NCBI RefSeq assembly: GCF_016127575.1
Contig: NZ_CP066019.1
Location: forward strand, 720,001-752,000
Length of the DNA: 32,000 nt
Source of the DNA: Cupriavidus necator
GTDB taxonomy: Bacteria; Pseudomonadota; Gammaproteobacteria; Burkholderiales; Burkholderiaceae
Reading direction: 5' to 3'
The position numbers and the translations under genes are program-made. Every line of letters begins with the position of its first letter. The stretch's first letter is position 1. Of this stretch, positions 18,215 to 27,853 are shown one piece after another. The notes below the pieces were generated by a model. The model saw only the letters and a program-made list of their open reading frames with translations. It was not told the origin of the DNA and did not search any database.

Positions 18215-18259
18215 GGAAAAGCTAGTGGTTTTCCATGGTCCCGCGGCGGTGTGCGGGAC
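18215..18259 (-). terminator. Two tandem hairpins just downstream of the ACAD pair (possible terminator or attenuator before the ABC operon)
   Basis: On the minus strand: GTCCCGC-(8 nt)-GCGGGAC (about 18238-18259), then GGAAAA-ccactagc-TTTTCC (about 18215-18234). There is no clean U tract, so termination efficiency is uncertain. Confidence 0.4.
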
Positions 18260-18266
18260 GCGCCGG

Positions 18267-19406
18267 CTAGTAGCCGCGCAGCGTCGCCCAGCGCTGCAAC
18301 TGGACGTTGGTATCGCCGAGCAGTTCCTGGGCGGTGCGTGCCCGCTTCATGAAGAAGCCGATCTCCAGCGCGTCGGTCATGCCGATGCCGCCATGCATCT
18401 GCACGCCCTCCTGCACGGCCAGAGTCGCGGTGGTGCCAGCGCGCGCCTTGGCCACGCAGACCAGGCCGGCGGCGTCGTCCGTGCCGGCATCGAGCCGCTG
18501 CTGGCACTGCAGCACGGCGGCGCGGGTGATCTCGATCTCGGTGAACAGGTGCGCGGCGCGGTGCTGCAGCGCCTGGTACTCGCCGATGATGCGGCCGAAC
18601 TGGCGGCGCTCCTTCAGGTAGGCAAGCGTGCGGTCGAAGGTTTCGTCGGCGATGCCGAGCAGTTCGGATGCCAGCACGGCGCGGCCCACGTCCAGCACGC
18701 GCTCCAGCATGGCGGCGCCATTGCCGGGGGTGCCCAGCACAGCGGCGGCCGGCAGCCGGACCTCGCGCAGGGTCACGCGCGCCGCATTGGTGGCGTCGGC
18801 CATGACCGTGCGCTCGATCGAGAGGCCGGCGCTGCCGGCGGGCACCAGGAAGAGCGTGATGCCGTCGCGGTCGTCGCGCGCGCCGGCGGTGCGCGCCGCC
18901 ACGATCAGGGTGTCGGCGACGTGGCCATCGACGACAAAGACCTTGTCGCCATCGAGGCGGAAGCCGTCGCCGTCGGCGCTTGCGCGCAGGGCATGGCGCG
19001 TGGGCCGGTGCCTGGCGCTCTCTTCCAGTGCCAGCGCGGTCAGGTGCTGGCCGGCGGCGATGGCGGGCAGCATCGCCGTGCGCTGCGCATCGCTGCCGTA
19101 GTGGCTGAGCAGCGCCGCGCCCAGCACGGCGGTGGACAGGAACGGCGAGGGCGCCAGCGTGCGCCCGATCGCTTCCATGATGACGCCGGCCTCCACTACG
19201 CCCAGGCCGCTGCCGCCATATTGCTCGGGCACCAGCACGCCGGCGAAGCCGAGTTCAGCGAGCTGCTGCCACAAGGCGCGGGAGAAGCCGGTCTCGTCGC
19301 GGGTATCGCGCAGCATGCGCAGCGCGGAGATCGGGGCGGATTCGCGCAGGAAGGTCAGGGCGCTGTCGCGCAGCATTTCCTGCGTCTGGTTCAGTACGAT
19401 GGGCAT
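18267..19406 (-). CDS. Acyl-CoA dehydrogenase family protein, putative non-catalytic (beta-like) subunit
   Basis: 379 aa with an ACAD fold. Signature 2 is intact (QMHGGIGMTDALEIGFFMKRAR). The signature-1 region reads LALEESARHRPT, and the C-terminal catalytic-base segment reads ELLGDTNVQ with no Glu. Confidence 0.85.
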   Translation of the reverse strand: MPIVLNQTQEMLRDSALTFLRESAPISALRMLRDTRDETGFSRALWQQLAELGFAGVLVPEQYGGSGLGVVEAGVIMEAIGRTLAPSPFLSTAVLGAALLSHYGSDAQRTAMLPAIAAGQHLTALALEESARHRPTRHALRASADGDGFRLDGDKVFVVDGHVADTLIVAARTAGARDDRDGITLFLVPAGSAGLSIERTVMADATNAARVTLREVRLPAAAVLGTPGNGAAMLERVLDVGRAVLASELLGIADETFDRTLAYLKERRQFGRIIGEYQALQHRAAHLFTEIEITRAAVLQCQQRLDAGTDDAAGLVCVAKARAGTTATLAVQEGVQMHGGIGMTDALEIGFFMKRARTAQELLGDTNVQLQRWATLRGY

Positions 19407-19460
19407 GGGCGGACTCGTGTCTGGGTACGGGGCAGCGGGGGGAAGCGCACGGGGCCGGGC

Positions 19461-20645
19461 TCAGGCGCCCGGCAGGCCGAGCAGGCGCTTGGCGACGATG
19501 TTGAGCTGGACCTCGCTGGTGCCGCCCTCGATCGAGTTCGCCTTGCTGCGCAGCCACGCGCGTGCCAGCGCGCCCTGCTGGCTGCGCTCGCTTTCCCATT
19601 CCAGCGCGTCGCTGCCGCCGATTGACATCAGCAGCTCGTAGCGGCGCTTGTTCAGTTCCGCGCCGTAGTACTTGAGCACCGACGAGAACGCCGCGATGCC
19701 CTCGCCCTGGCGGGCCAGGTCGCGCACCCGCTCGCCGGCCGCGGCAAAGGCGGCTTCGTCGATCTCGAACTGTGCGACGCGTGCGCGCAGCATCGGCTCG
19801 TCGAGCCGGCCGGCGGCGTCCAGCCCGATGGCCTTTGCCGCATGCGCGCCAAGCGGCTGCCGCATGCCGCGGCTGCCGATGGCGCTGATCATCTCGCGCT
19901 CGTGGGTGAGCAGGTACTTGGCAATCTCCCAGCCGCCGTTGAGCTCGCCGACCAGCTGTGCGCGCGGCACCGCGACGTCGTCGAAGAAGGTCTCGCAGAA
20001 GGGGGATTTGCCGGAGATCAGCAGGATGGGCCGGGTCGTCACACCCGGCGTTTCCATGTCGAACAGCAGGAAGCTGATGCCGGTGTGCTTTTGCGCCGCA
20101 GCATCGGTGCGCACCAGGCAGAAGATCCAGTCGGCCTGGTCGGCATAGGACGTCCACACCTTCTGGCCGTTGACCAGGAAATGATCGCCGCGGTCCTCGG
20201 CGCGGGTCTGCAGCGCGGCCAGGTCGGAACCGGCGTTGGGCTCGGAGTAGCCCTGGCACCAGCGGATTTCGCCGCGGGCGATGCGGGGCAGGTGCTCGCG
20301 CTTCTGGGCTTCGGTGCCGTACCTGAGCAGGGCGGGGCCAAGCATGGAGATGCCGAAACTCTGCAGCGGCACGCGGCAGCCGAGCCGGGCCATTTCCTCG
20401 CGCAGCACCTTGGCCTGCTCGCGCGCCAGGCCGGCGCCGCCGTATTCCGTGGGCCATTCGGGCACGGTCCAGCCCTTGTCGGCCATGCGGCCAAGCCACT
20501 GTCGCTGGGCCTCGGACTGGAAGCGGAACCTGCGCCCGCCCCAGCAGATGTCGTCTTCGTTGCGCACCGGCTGCCGCATCTCGGCCGGACAGTTCTGCTC
20601 CAGCCAGGCGCGCGCTTGCTGCCGGAAGGTCTCCAACTCGTCCAC
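19461..20645 (-). CDS. Acyl-CoA dehydrogenase family protein, putative catalytic (alpha-like) subunit
   Basis: 394 aa. It has ACAD signature 1 (WCQGYSEPNAGSDLAAL) and a C-terminal NSIEGGTSEVQLNIVAKRLLGLP with Glu at the MCAD-type catalytic-base position. The signature-2 region is degenerate (LMSIGGSDALEW). Confidence 0.88.
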   Translation of the reverse strand: MDELETFRQQARAWLEQNCPAEMRQPVRNEDDICWGGRRFRFQSEAQRQWLGRMADKGWTVPEWPTEYGGAGLAREQAKVLREEMARLGCRVPLQSFGISMLGPALLRYGTEAQKREHLPRIARGEIRWCQGYSEPNAGSDLAALQTRAEDRGDHFLVNGQKVWTSYADQADWIFCLVRTDAAAQKHTGISFLLFDMETPGVTTRPILLISGKSPFCETFFDDVAVPRAQLVGELNGGWEIAKYLLTHEREMISAIGSRGMRQPLGAHAAKAIGLDAAGRLDEPMLRARVAQFEIDEAAFAAAGERVRDLARQGEGIAAFSSVLKYYGAELNKRRYELLMSIGGSDALEWESERSQQGALARAWLRSKANSIEGGTSEVQLNIVAKRLLGLPGA

Positions 20646-21178
20646 GCGTGTCTCCTTGTGCTCAGGTGCCTTTCGCTGGACGCCTCTTTCTCTGGCGCGC
20701 TGCCGGTGAGGTCGCCCGCACCTGGCTGGTCGGCCAGGCGGCGTATCCCGTTATACAAGTCGCATCTGGCAGCGTCAATACTCAATTACCTAAAATGGAT
20801 GTGGCCGGAGCAGCGGCCGGATCTCCGATGTGCGTGCATTGCAGGCCATGGGTCATGTCTGAGGTTGCGCTGCAGCACGAAAAATCCGGGGAAATAAGCG
20901 GTAATTCGACGTAGTCATCCAGTGAAAGGAAGGCCGGGCGTTGAAGATGTTTCCTGTGGTAGCATCCATTCAAAACATACTGCTATCACTAAAAAACGGG
21001 ATGCGCCGGTTGCGTGCGATGCCGGACAGGCAGCTTGCCAACGCAGACCGGTGCCATAGGGAGACCAAGCCGTGCCCGTCGTCATGCCTTCGCTCGACCA
21101 GCGAACCGTTTCGTATCCCGGTGCCCGGGCGCCGGACCGCGTGCGCTGGGTGGATTCAGGCGGCACAGGTCTCGGCGC

Positions 21179-22560
21179 ATGACAGGCGAGCGGACCCCCG
21201 AGCGGGTAGCCGGCCCCGACGAGGGGCCTGACCTGAGCGCGCATGAACAGGCTGAGCGGTGCTATCTCCAGCATGTCGACCAGCACCTGCCGCGCAACGC
21301 CCGCGCGTACCTGGCGCACGGCATGCTGGGCATGACCGGGTTCCGGCTGGTGACCGCGCCCACCTTCGTGCCGGCCTACCTGTACCTGCTGTCCGGCTCC
21401 AAGCTGACTGTCGGCATCGTGCTGTCCGCGCAATATGCGGGCATGGCCGCGTCGTCGATCTGGGGCGCCACGCTGATCGAGCACCGCCCGCGCGTCTTGC
21501 CGCTGATCTATCTGGTGGGCTGGCTGGTGCGCGCGCAGATCCTGGGGCTGGCGCTGTCGGCGCTGTGGCTGTCGGGCGAGGCGGCGCTGGTCGCGGCGGG
21601 CATCTTCCTGCTGCTGTTCGGGCTGCTCAACGGCGTGCAGAACGTCAGCTTCAACTACCTGACCTCCAAGATCATCCCACTGGCGCGCCGCGGCCGGCTG
21701 ACCGCGCTGCGCAATTTCTGCGGCGGGCTCACCGCGGCCGCGGTGGCGTGGCTGGGCGGGCGCTACCTGGTGGGCAACCAGGTGCTGGGCAACGGCTATG
21801 CCGCCACCTTCCTGGCGGCCTTTGTGCTGACCAGCATCGGCATTTCAGCGCTCACGCAGATGCGCGAGCCGACCCTGCACGACGTGCGCCTGCCGGCGGG
21901 CTTCCTGCGCCGCCTGGCCGAGGTGCCGGCGCTGCTGCGTGCGGACCGCGATTTCGTGCGTTTTTTCGTGGCGCGCGCGCTGGTGGCGTCCGGCATGATG
22001 GCGATGCCGTTCTATGCGATCTATGCCGGCACCCATATCGACCTGTCCGGTGCGGTGCTGGGCTACATGAGCCTGGCCTACCTGCTGGCGCAGACCACCA
22101 GCAGCCTGGCCTGGGGCCGCATCGCCGACCGCCACGGCTACCGGCTGGTGTTCCTGGCCAGCATCGCGCTGTGGGTGGCGGCAACGCTGCTGCTGTTGTG
22201 CGGCACCACGCTGCCCGGCGTCCTGCTTGCCTTCTGTGGGCTGGGGGCCGCCTTTGGCGGCTTCTTCATCTCGGCTGACAACCTCGTGATGGAGTTCGGC
22301 AGCCGCAAGGACCGGCCCATGCTGCTGGCGGTGTCCGATACCGCCACCTACGCGATGATGGCCATCGGCCCGGTCTGCGGCGGCCTGCTGGCCCAGGGCG
22401 TGCGCTTCTGGGTGGTGTTCGCGCTCGCCATCGTGGTCAAGTGCGCCGCCTTCGTGCTGGCCCTGCGCATTGTCGACCCGCGCCGGCGCAGGGCGGCGCT
22501 TGAGCATCCGCCGGGCCTGCACCGGCACCCCACACCGATTCAATCCAGGAGAACCGATCC

Positions 22561-22564
<4 letters not shown>
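21179..22564 (+). CDS. MFS transporter
   Basis: About 461 aa from the ATG at 21179 (MTGERTPERV...). It is highly hydrophobic with about 12 predicted TM segments and the MFS loop ..PLARRGRLTALRNF... The track ORF starts further upstream (21014) in Arg-rich, non-membrane-like sequence. Its stop overlaps the next ATG as ATGA. Confidence 0.85.
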
Positions 22565-24639
<2,075 letters not shown>

Positions 24640-24682
24640 GGCAGCAAGGGCTGCCTCGGCCGGCCGGTGCCATGCGCCGGCC
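24640..24682. terminator. Two GC-rich hairpins between convergent genes (FadB-like and DUF421)
   Basis: GGCAGC-aagg-GCTGCC (24640-24655) and GGCCGGC-(11 nt)-GCCGGCC (about 24658-24682) fill the 49-nt convergent gap. No U tracts are present. Confidence 0.45.
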
Positions 24683-24688
24683 AGGCGC

Positions 24689-25180
24689 TTACTTCTTCTT
24701 GACCACGCTGACCTTGCCGTCGGCCTCCAGGTACAGCGCCTTGACCTCGTCGATCGATTCCAGTCCCTCCTGCCGGTACTTGGCTTCGAGCTCTTCGTCG
24801 GTGATGGATTCGCGCCGCATGTTCTCGCGCAGCTTGGTGCCATTGCGCACCAGCAGCACCTTCCTGGGTTCGGCAAAGCGCTGGAAAGCGGGGGAGTGGT
24901 AGGCCAGCAGGTCGATCAGCCGGTTCCAGGCGATCAGCGTGACCACTAGCAGCACGGCATCGGCGACGCTCTCGCCGTTGCCTGCCATGCCGTTCTGCGC
25001 GGCGTCGGCGACGATCACCACCAACAGCAGGTCGGCGATGCCCAGCGAGCCGATGTCGCGCCGGACCACGAAGCGGAACAGCAGGAACAGCACCCAGTAC
25101 ATCAACGTGCCGCGCACGATGATCTCGAGCGGGGACAGGGTCAGGAGGAGGGCTTCGCGCCAGTCGAACGACAGGTCCAT
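24689..25180 (-). CDS. DUF421 (YetF-like) membrane protein
   Basis: 163 aa from the ATG at 25180. It has N-terminal TM helices (LSPLEIIVRGTLMYWVLFLLFRFVVRRDIGSLGIADLLLVVIVADAAQN) and a C-terminal soluble domain (..LLVRNGTKLRENMRRESITDEELEAKYRQEGLESIDEVKALYLEADGKVSVV), as I recall for the DUF421 family. The track ORF extends to 25309, but that extra N-terminus is not membrane-protein-like. Confidence 0.7.
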   Translation of the reverse strand: MDLSFDWREALLLTLSPLEIIVRGTLMYWVLFLLFRFVVRRDIGSLGIADLLLVVIVADAAQNGMAGNGESVADAVLLVVTLIAWNRLIDLLAYHSPAFQRFAEPRKVLLVRNGTKLRENMRRESITDEELEAKYRQEGLESIDEVKALYLEADGKVSVVKKK

Positions 25181-25297
25181 GCGCGCTACCCAGCAACTTC
25201 CGGGCCACTTTGCAACGATGGCGGCTGTGGCGCGGGAGTCGCCGCGCCGCGGGTAATTCTTACACCTGGCGCGTACGGTTTGCTGCGCTGAAAGCCA

Positions 25298-25323
25298 GGC
25301 GTCCCGCACGCGGCGGGGACGCC
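25298..25323 (-). terminator. Hairpin after the second Bug gene
   Basis: On the minus strand: GGCGTCCC-(10 nt)-GGGACGCC followed by TGGCTTTC, starting about 19 nt after the stop. Confidence 0.5.
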
Positions 25324-25341
25324 CGGCGGTCCGGCCTCAGG

Positions 25342-26334
25342 CTAGTCCGCCTGGATGCCGAACTCCTTGACCACCTTGGTGTAGCGGGCGGTGTCGGCGG
25401 CGATCAGCTTCGACAGCACCGCCGGCTCGCCGCCCGCAGGCGTGACCGCGATGGTGGCCATGCGCGCCACCACGTCGGGCATCTTCAGGATCTCGTTGAC
25501 GTGCGTGTTGAGCGTGCGCACCAGGTCGGCCGGCATGCCCTTCGGTCCGAGCAGGGCCTGCCAGGCGCCGATTTCCACGTCCTTGTAGCCCAGCTCGGCC
25601 AGCGTCGGCACGTTGGGCGCGAACGGCGAGCGCTTCTGGTCCGCAACCGCCAGCGGCACCAGGCTGCCGTTGCCGACATACTGCGAGATTGCGCCATAGG
25701 TGATGTAGGTCACCGGCACCTGCCCGCCGATCACGTCGACGATGGCCGGCGCCAAGCCGCGGTAGGGCACCTGGCTGATCTTGATGCCGGCGGACTTGTT
25801 GAACATTTCGCCCATGATGTGCATCGGCGAGCCATTGCCGGGCGTGGCATAGGTTTCCACCTTGCCGGCCTTGGCGCGCGCCACCAGCTCGCTGACCTTG
25901 GTGATGCCGCTGCCCTTGTTGACGACCACGAACAGCGACTGCGTGCCGATCTGGCTGATGGGAGTGAGGTCGTGCTGCACGTCATAGCTGGCGCCGGTGC
26001 CGGCCTTGAGCACCAGCGGCGCGAGGGCGACGGTGTTGGGGGCCAGCAGCAGGGTGTAGCCGTCCGGGTTGGCGCGCGCCACGTAGGCGCTGCCGATGGT
26101 GCCGGCGGCGCCGGTGCGGTTTTCCACCACCACCGACTGCTTCAGGCGCGGGGCGAGCTTTTCCGCGAACAGGCGCGCCAGCACGTCGACGTCGCCGCCG
26201 GCCGGATAGGCTACAACGATGGTGATGGGCTTGTTCGGGTACGCACCCTGGGCCAGGGCGGTGCCGCCGGTGGCAGCGACCAGGGCGGTCGCGGCGGCCA
26301 GCGTGGCGAGTACTTTGCGGCGTACGGACTTCAT
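25342..26334 (-). CDS. Bug/TctC-family periplasmic substrate-binding protein
   Basis: 330 aa from the ATG at 26334. It has the signal peptide MKSVRRKVLATLAAATALVAATGGTALAQG, then AYPNKPITIVVAYPAGGDVDVLARLF and ENRTGAAGTIG. These are the same Bug motifs as in the CDS at 1-643. Confidence 0.9.
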   Translation of the reverse strand: MKSVRRKVLATLAAATALVAATGGTALAQGAYPNKPITIVVAYPAGGDVDVLARLFAEKLAPRLKQSVVVENRTGAAGTIGSAYVARANPDGYTLLLAPNTVALAPLVLKAGTGASYDVQHDLTPISQIGTQSLFVVVNKGSGITKVSELVARAKAGKVETYATPGNGSPMHIMGEMFNKSAGIKISQVPYRGLAPAIVDVIGGQVPVTYITYGAISQYVGNGSLVPLAVADQKRSPFAPNVPTLAELGYKDVEIGAWQALLGPKGMPADLVRTLNTHVNEILKMPDVVARMATIAVTPAGGEPAVLSKLIAADTARYTKVVKEFGIQAD

Positions 26335-26394
26335 GATGTTCAGACCTCTGTAAGACGTGGCGCCCGGACGGGCCGGGGCCAATGGCTGTGTTGG

Positions 26395-26421
26395 CGTCCG
26401 GCGCCTTGCATGCGCCGGACG
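26395..26421 (-). terminator. 10-bp perfect GC hairpin between the porin and Bug genes
   Basis: CGTCCGGCGC-(7 nt)-GCGCCGGACG, 26 nt downstream of the porin stop. There is no U tract, so it could be a terminator, an attenuator or an mRNA-stabilising/processing hairpin. Confidence 0.5.
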
Positions 26422-26446
26422 GTACCGCCGGGGGGCGCGGAGGAAA

Positions 26447-27541
26447 TCAGAAAACGTGCTTGATGCCGATCATCGAGCCCCACTGGTTCTCGCCCGGGCG
26501 CGGGTTCGAGCCAGGCGAGCCGCCGCTGACCGACATGGCCAGCTGGCCGCCGTTGTTGATGAAGCCGGCGGTGGCGTACACCGAGGTGCGCTTGCTGAAG
26601 CTGTACATCGCGCGCAGCGTATACAGCATGGCCTGGTTGTCGCTGCCGTGGTAGTTCAGGAAGTAGACCTGGCCGGCCAGGTTGACCGCGGGGGTGATGT
26701 CGTAGGACGCGCCGGCGTAGTACAGGTCGCTGATCGGGGTGGGGCTGCCCTCGTTGTCGCGGCGGATCCAGCCGGCGCCGATCTTGGTGCGCTGGAACAG
26801 CATGTAGCCGCCGAGAGACAGGCGGTCGTCGGTCAGGTTGCTGTTGGTCAGGCCGCCGAAGGCGCCCGGGCCGCCGCGCTGCGAGTCATACGCGGCGGTG
26901 ACGCCCCAGGTCTTGTTGTCGTAGCCGAGCATGGCCGACCACTGGCGGCACGCCTTCTTGTCGGTGGCGTTCTCGCCGGCGCAGTTGGTGCCCGAGGGGC
27001 TGGGGCCGGCGTTGACCGCATCGCGCCCGAAGCTGTAGGTGGCGCCCACCACGAAACCGCTGAAGTTGGCCTTGTATGACACCGCGTTGTCGGCGCGCGT
27101 ATTGGGCAGGTAGCTGTCGAGCGAGCCCGAGCCGTACACGTTGGGCCCCAGGACATCGCTGTCGAGCGTGGCCCAGAACAGCATGGTGTACTGGCGGCCG
27201 AACGACAGCTGCCCGTACTGGTTGCTCAGCCCGACCAGCGCCTGGCGCCCGAACAGGCGGCCGCCCTGGTTGGAGGTGCCCGAATCCGGCGAGAAGCCCG
27301 ACTCCAGCACGAAGATGCTCTTCAGGCCGCCGCCAAGGTCTTCAGTGCCGCGGATGCCCCAGCGCGAGGGCACGGTCGCGGTCAGGTTGGGCATGCGCAC
27401 CAGGCCGTCGCCGTTGGCGCCGACATTGCTCACATACTCGACGCCCGTGTCGATGACCCCGTACAGGGTGACCGAGGATTGTGCCGAGGCCAGCAGGGGG
27501 AAAGCCGCGGCCAGGCCTGCGGCGATTCGTGCAAGTTTCAT
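26447..27541 (-). CDS. Outer-membrane general porin (Gram-negative porin, OmpC/OpcP-like)
   Basis: 364 aa. It has the signal peptide MKLARIAAGLAAAFPLLASAQS, then SVTLYGVIDTGVEYVSN, alternating beta-strand patterning, and a C-terminal ..MIGIKHVF with terminal Phe. SD AAGGAAA lies upstream. Confidence 0.93.
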   Translation of the reverse strand: MKLARIAAGLAAAFPLLASAQSSVTLYGVIDTGVEYVSNVGANGDGLVRMPNLTATVPSRWGIRGTEDLGGGLKSIFVLESGFSPDSGTSNQGGRLFGRQALVGLSNQYGQLSFGRQYTMLFWATLDSDVLGPNVYGSGSLDSYLPNTRADNAVSYKANFSGFVVGATYSFGRDAVNAGPSPSGTNCAGENATDKKACRQWSAMLGYDNKTWGVTAAYDSQRGGPGAFGGLTNSNLTDDRLSLGGYMLFQRTKIGAGWIRRDNEGSPTPISDLYYAGASYDITPAVNLAGQVYFLNYHGSDNQAMLYTLRAMYSFSKRTSVYATAGFINNGGQLAMSVSGGSPGSNPRPGENQWGSMIGIKHVF

Positions 27542-27555
27542 CTACCAGTTTCCTT

Positions 27556-27576
27556 CCGTTTTCCGTTTTCCGTTTT
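27556..27576 (-). repeat. Three tandem heptamers in the porin 5' leader
   Basis: The plus strand reads CCGTTTT x3. On the mRNA strand this is AAAACGG AAAACGG AAAACGG, immediately followed by the SD AAGGAAA and the ATG. Confidence 0.8.
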
Positions 27577-27639
27577 GTCGTCTTGTAGTCCGCTGCCACT
27601 GCGGATGGCGGCTGCGGATGCTGTTTCGGTCTCTTTTGT

Positions 27640-27656
27640 GTTTTATATATGAAACA
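27640..27656. repeat. 17-nt direct repeat, copy 1 (GTTTTATATATGAAACA)
   Basis: It matches 27854-27870 at 16 of 17 positions. It lies about 100 nt upstream of the porin ATG in the divergent intergenic region. Confidence 0.8.
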
Positions 27657-27853
27657 TCAAACAACATAAGAAACGTCAAGCAAAATATAGCTGCGAGTTT
27701 CCACAAGATGTGAGGAGGGTTATCCCTAGTGAGGCGACGCCGCGACGGCTAACGCCGGCTCTGCGCGGAGGTTTCCGATCTTTCTATCGTTAACCCTCAT
27801 CCCGGCTGGGCTCCGACACGCCTATGCTTCAAAAGTTTTATTCTCAAACCTAA

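Noticed and set aside
21041-21058. Minus-strand ATGGCACCGGTCTGCGT resembles a sigma-54 -24/-12 promoter pointing toward the ACAD operon.
   Set aside because: The -12 element is CTGCG rather than TTGCA/T. The site lies about 400 nt from the ACAD start, and no enhancer-binding-protein gene is nearby.
21053-21075. GCCATAGGGAGACCAAGCCGTGCC in the MFS leader superficially resembles the B12-box of cobalamin riboswitches.
   Set aside because: The upstream conserved cobalamin-riboswitch elements (GGGAA..., the GGTG..AA..CC hairpin, GCCACTG) are not convincingly present. In addition, an MFS/FadB operon has no obvious link to B12. An Infernal scan would settle it.
20941-21231. 96-aa ORF with a GAAAGGAAGG SD-like sequence upstream (TTG or ATG start), considered as a small gene in the ACAD/MFS spacer.
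   Set aside because: The predicted protein is Arg/Pro/Cys-rich and unstructured-looking after the first 20 residues, and it overlaps the MFS upstream region in another frame. It has no recognisable family. The 88-aa (20648-20914) and 63-aa (20782-20973) ORFs were rejected for the same reasons.
27649-27669. Mini-ORF ATG AAA CAT CAA ACA ACA TAA (MKHQTT) inside copy 1 of the 17-nt repeat, considered as a leader peptide.
   Set aside because: It has no SD, only 6 codons and no regulatory-codon logic (no runs of a particular amino acid). It is more likely a by-product of the repeat duplication. It is mentioned only within the repeat finding.
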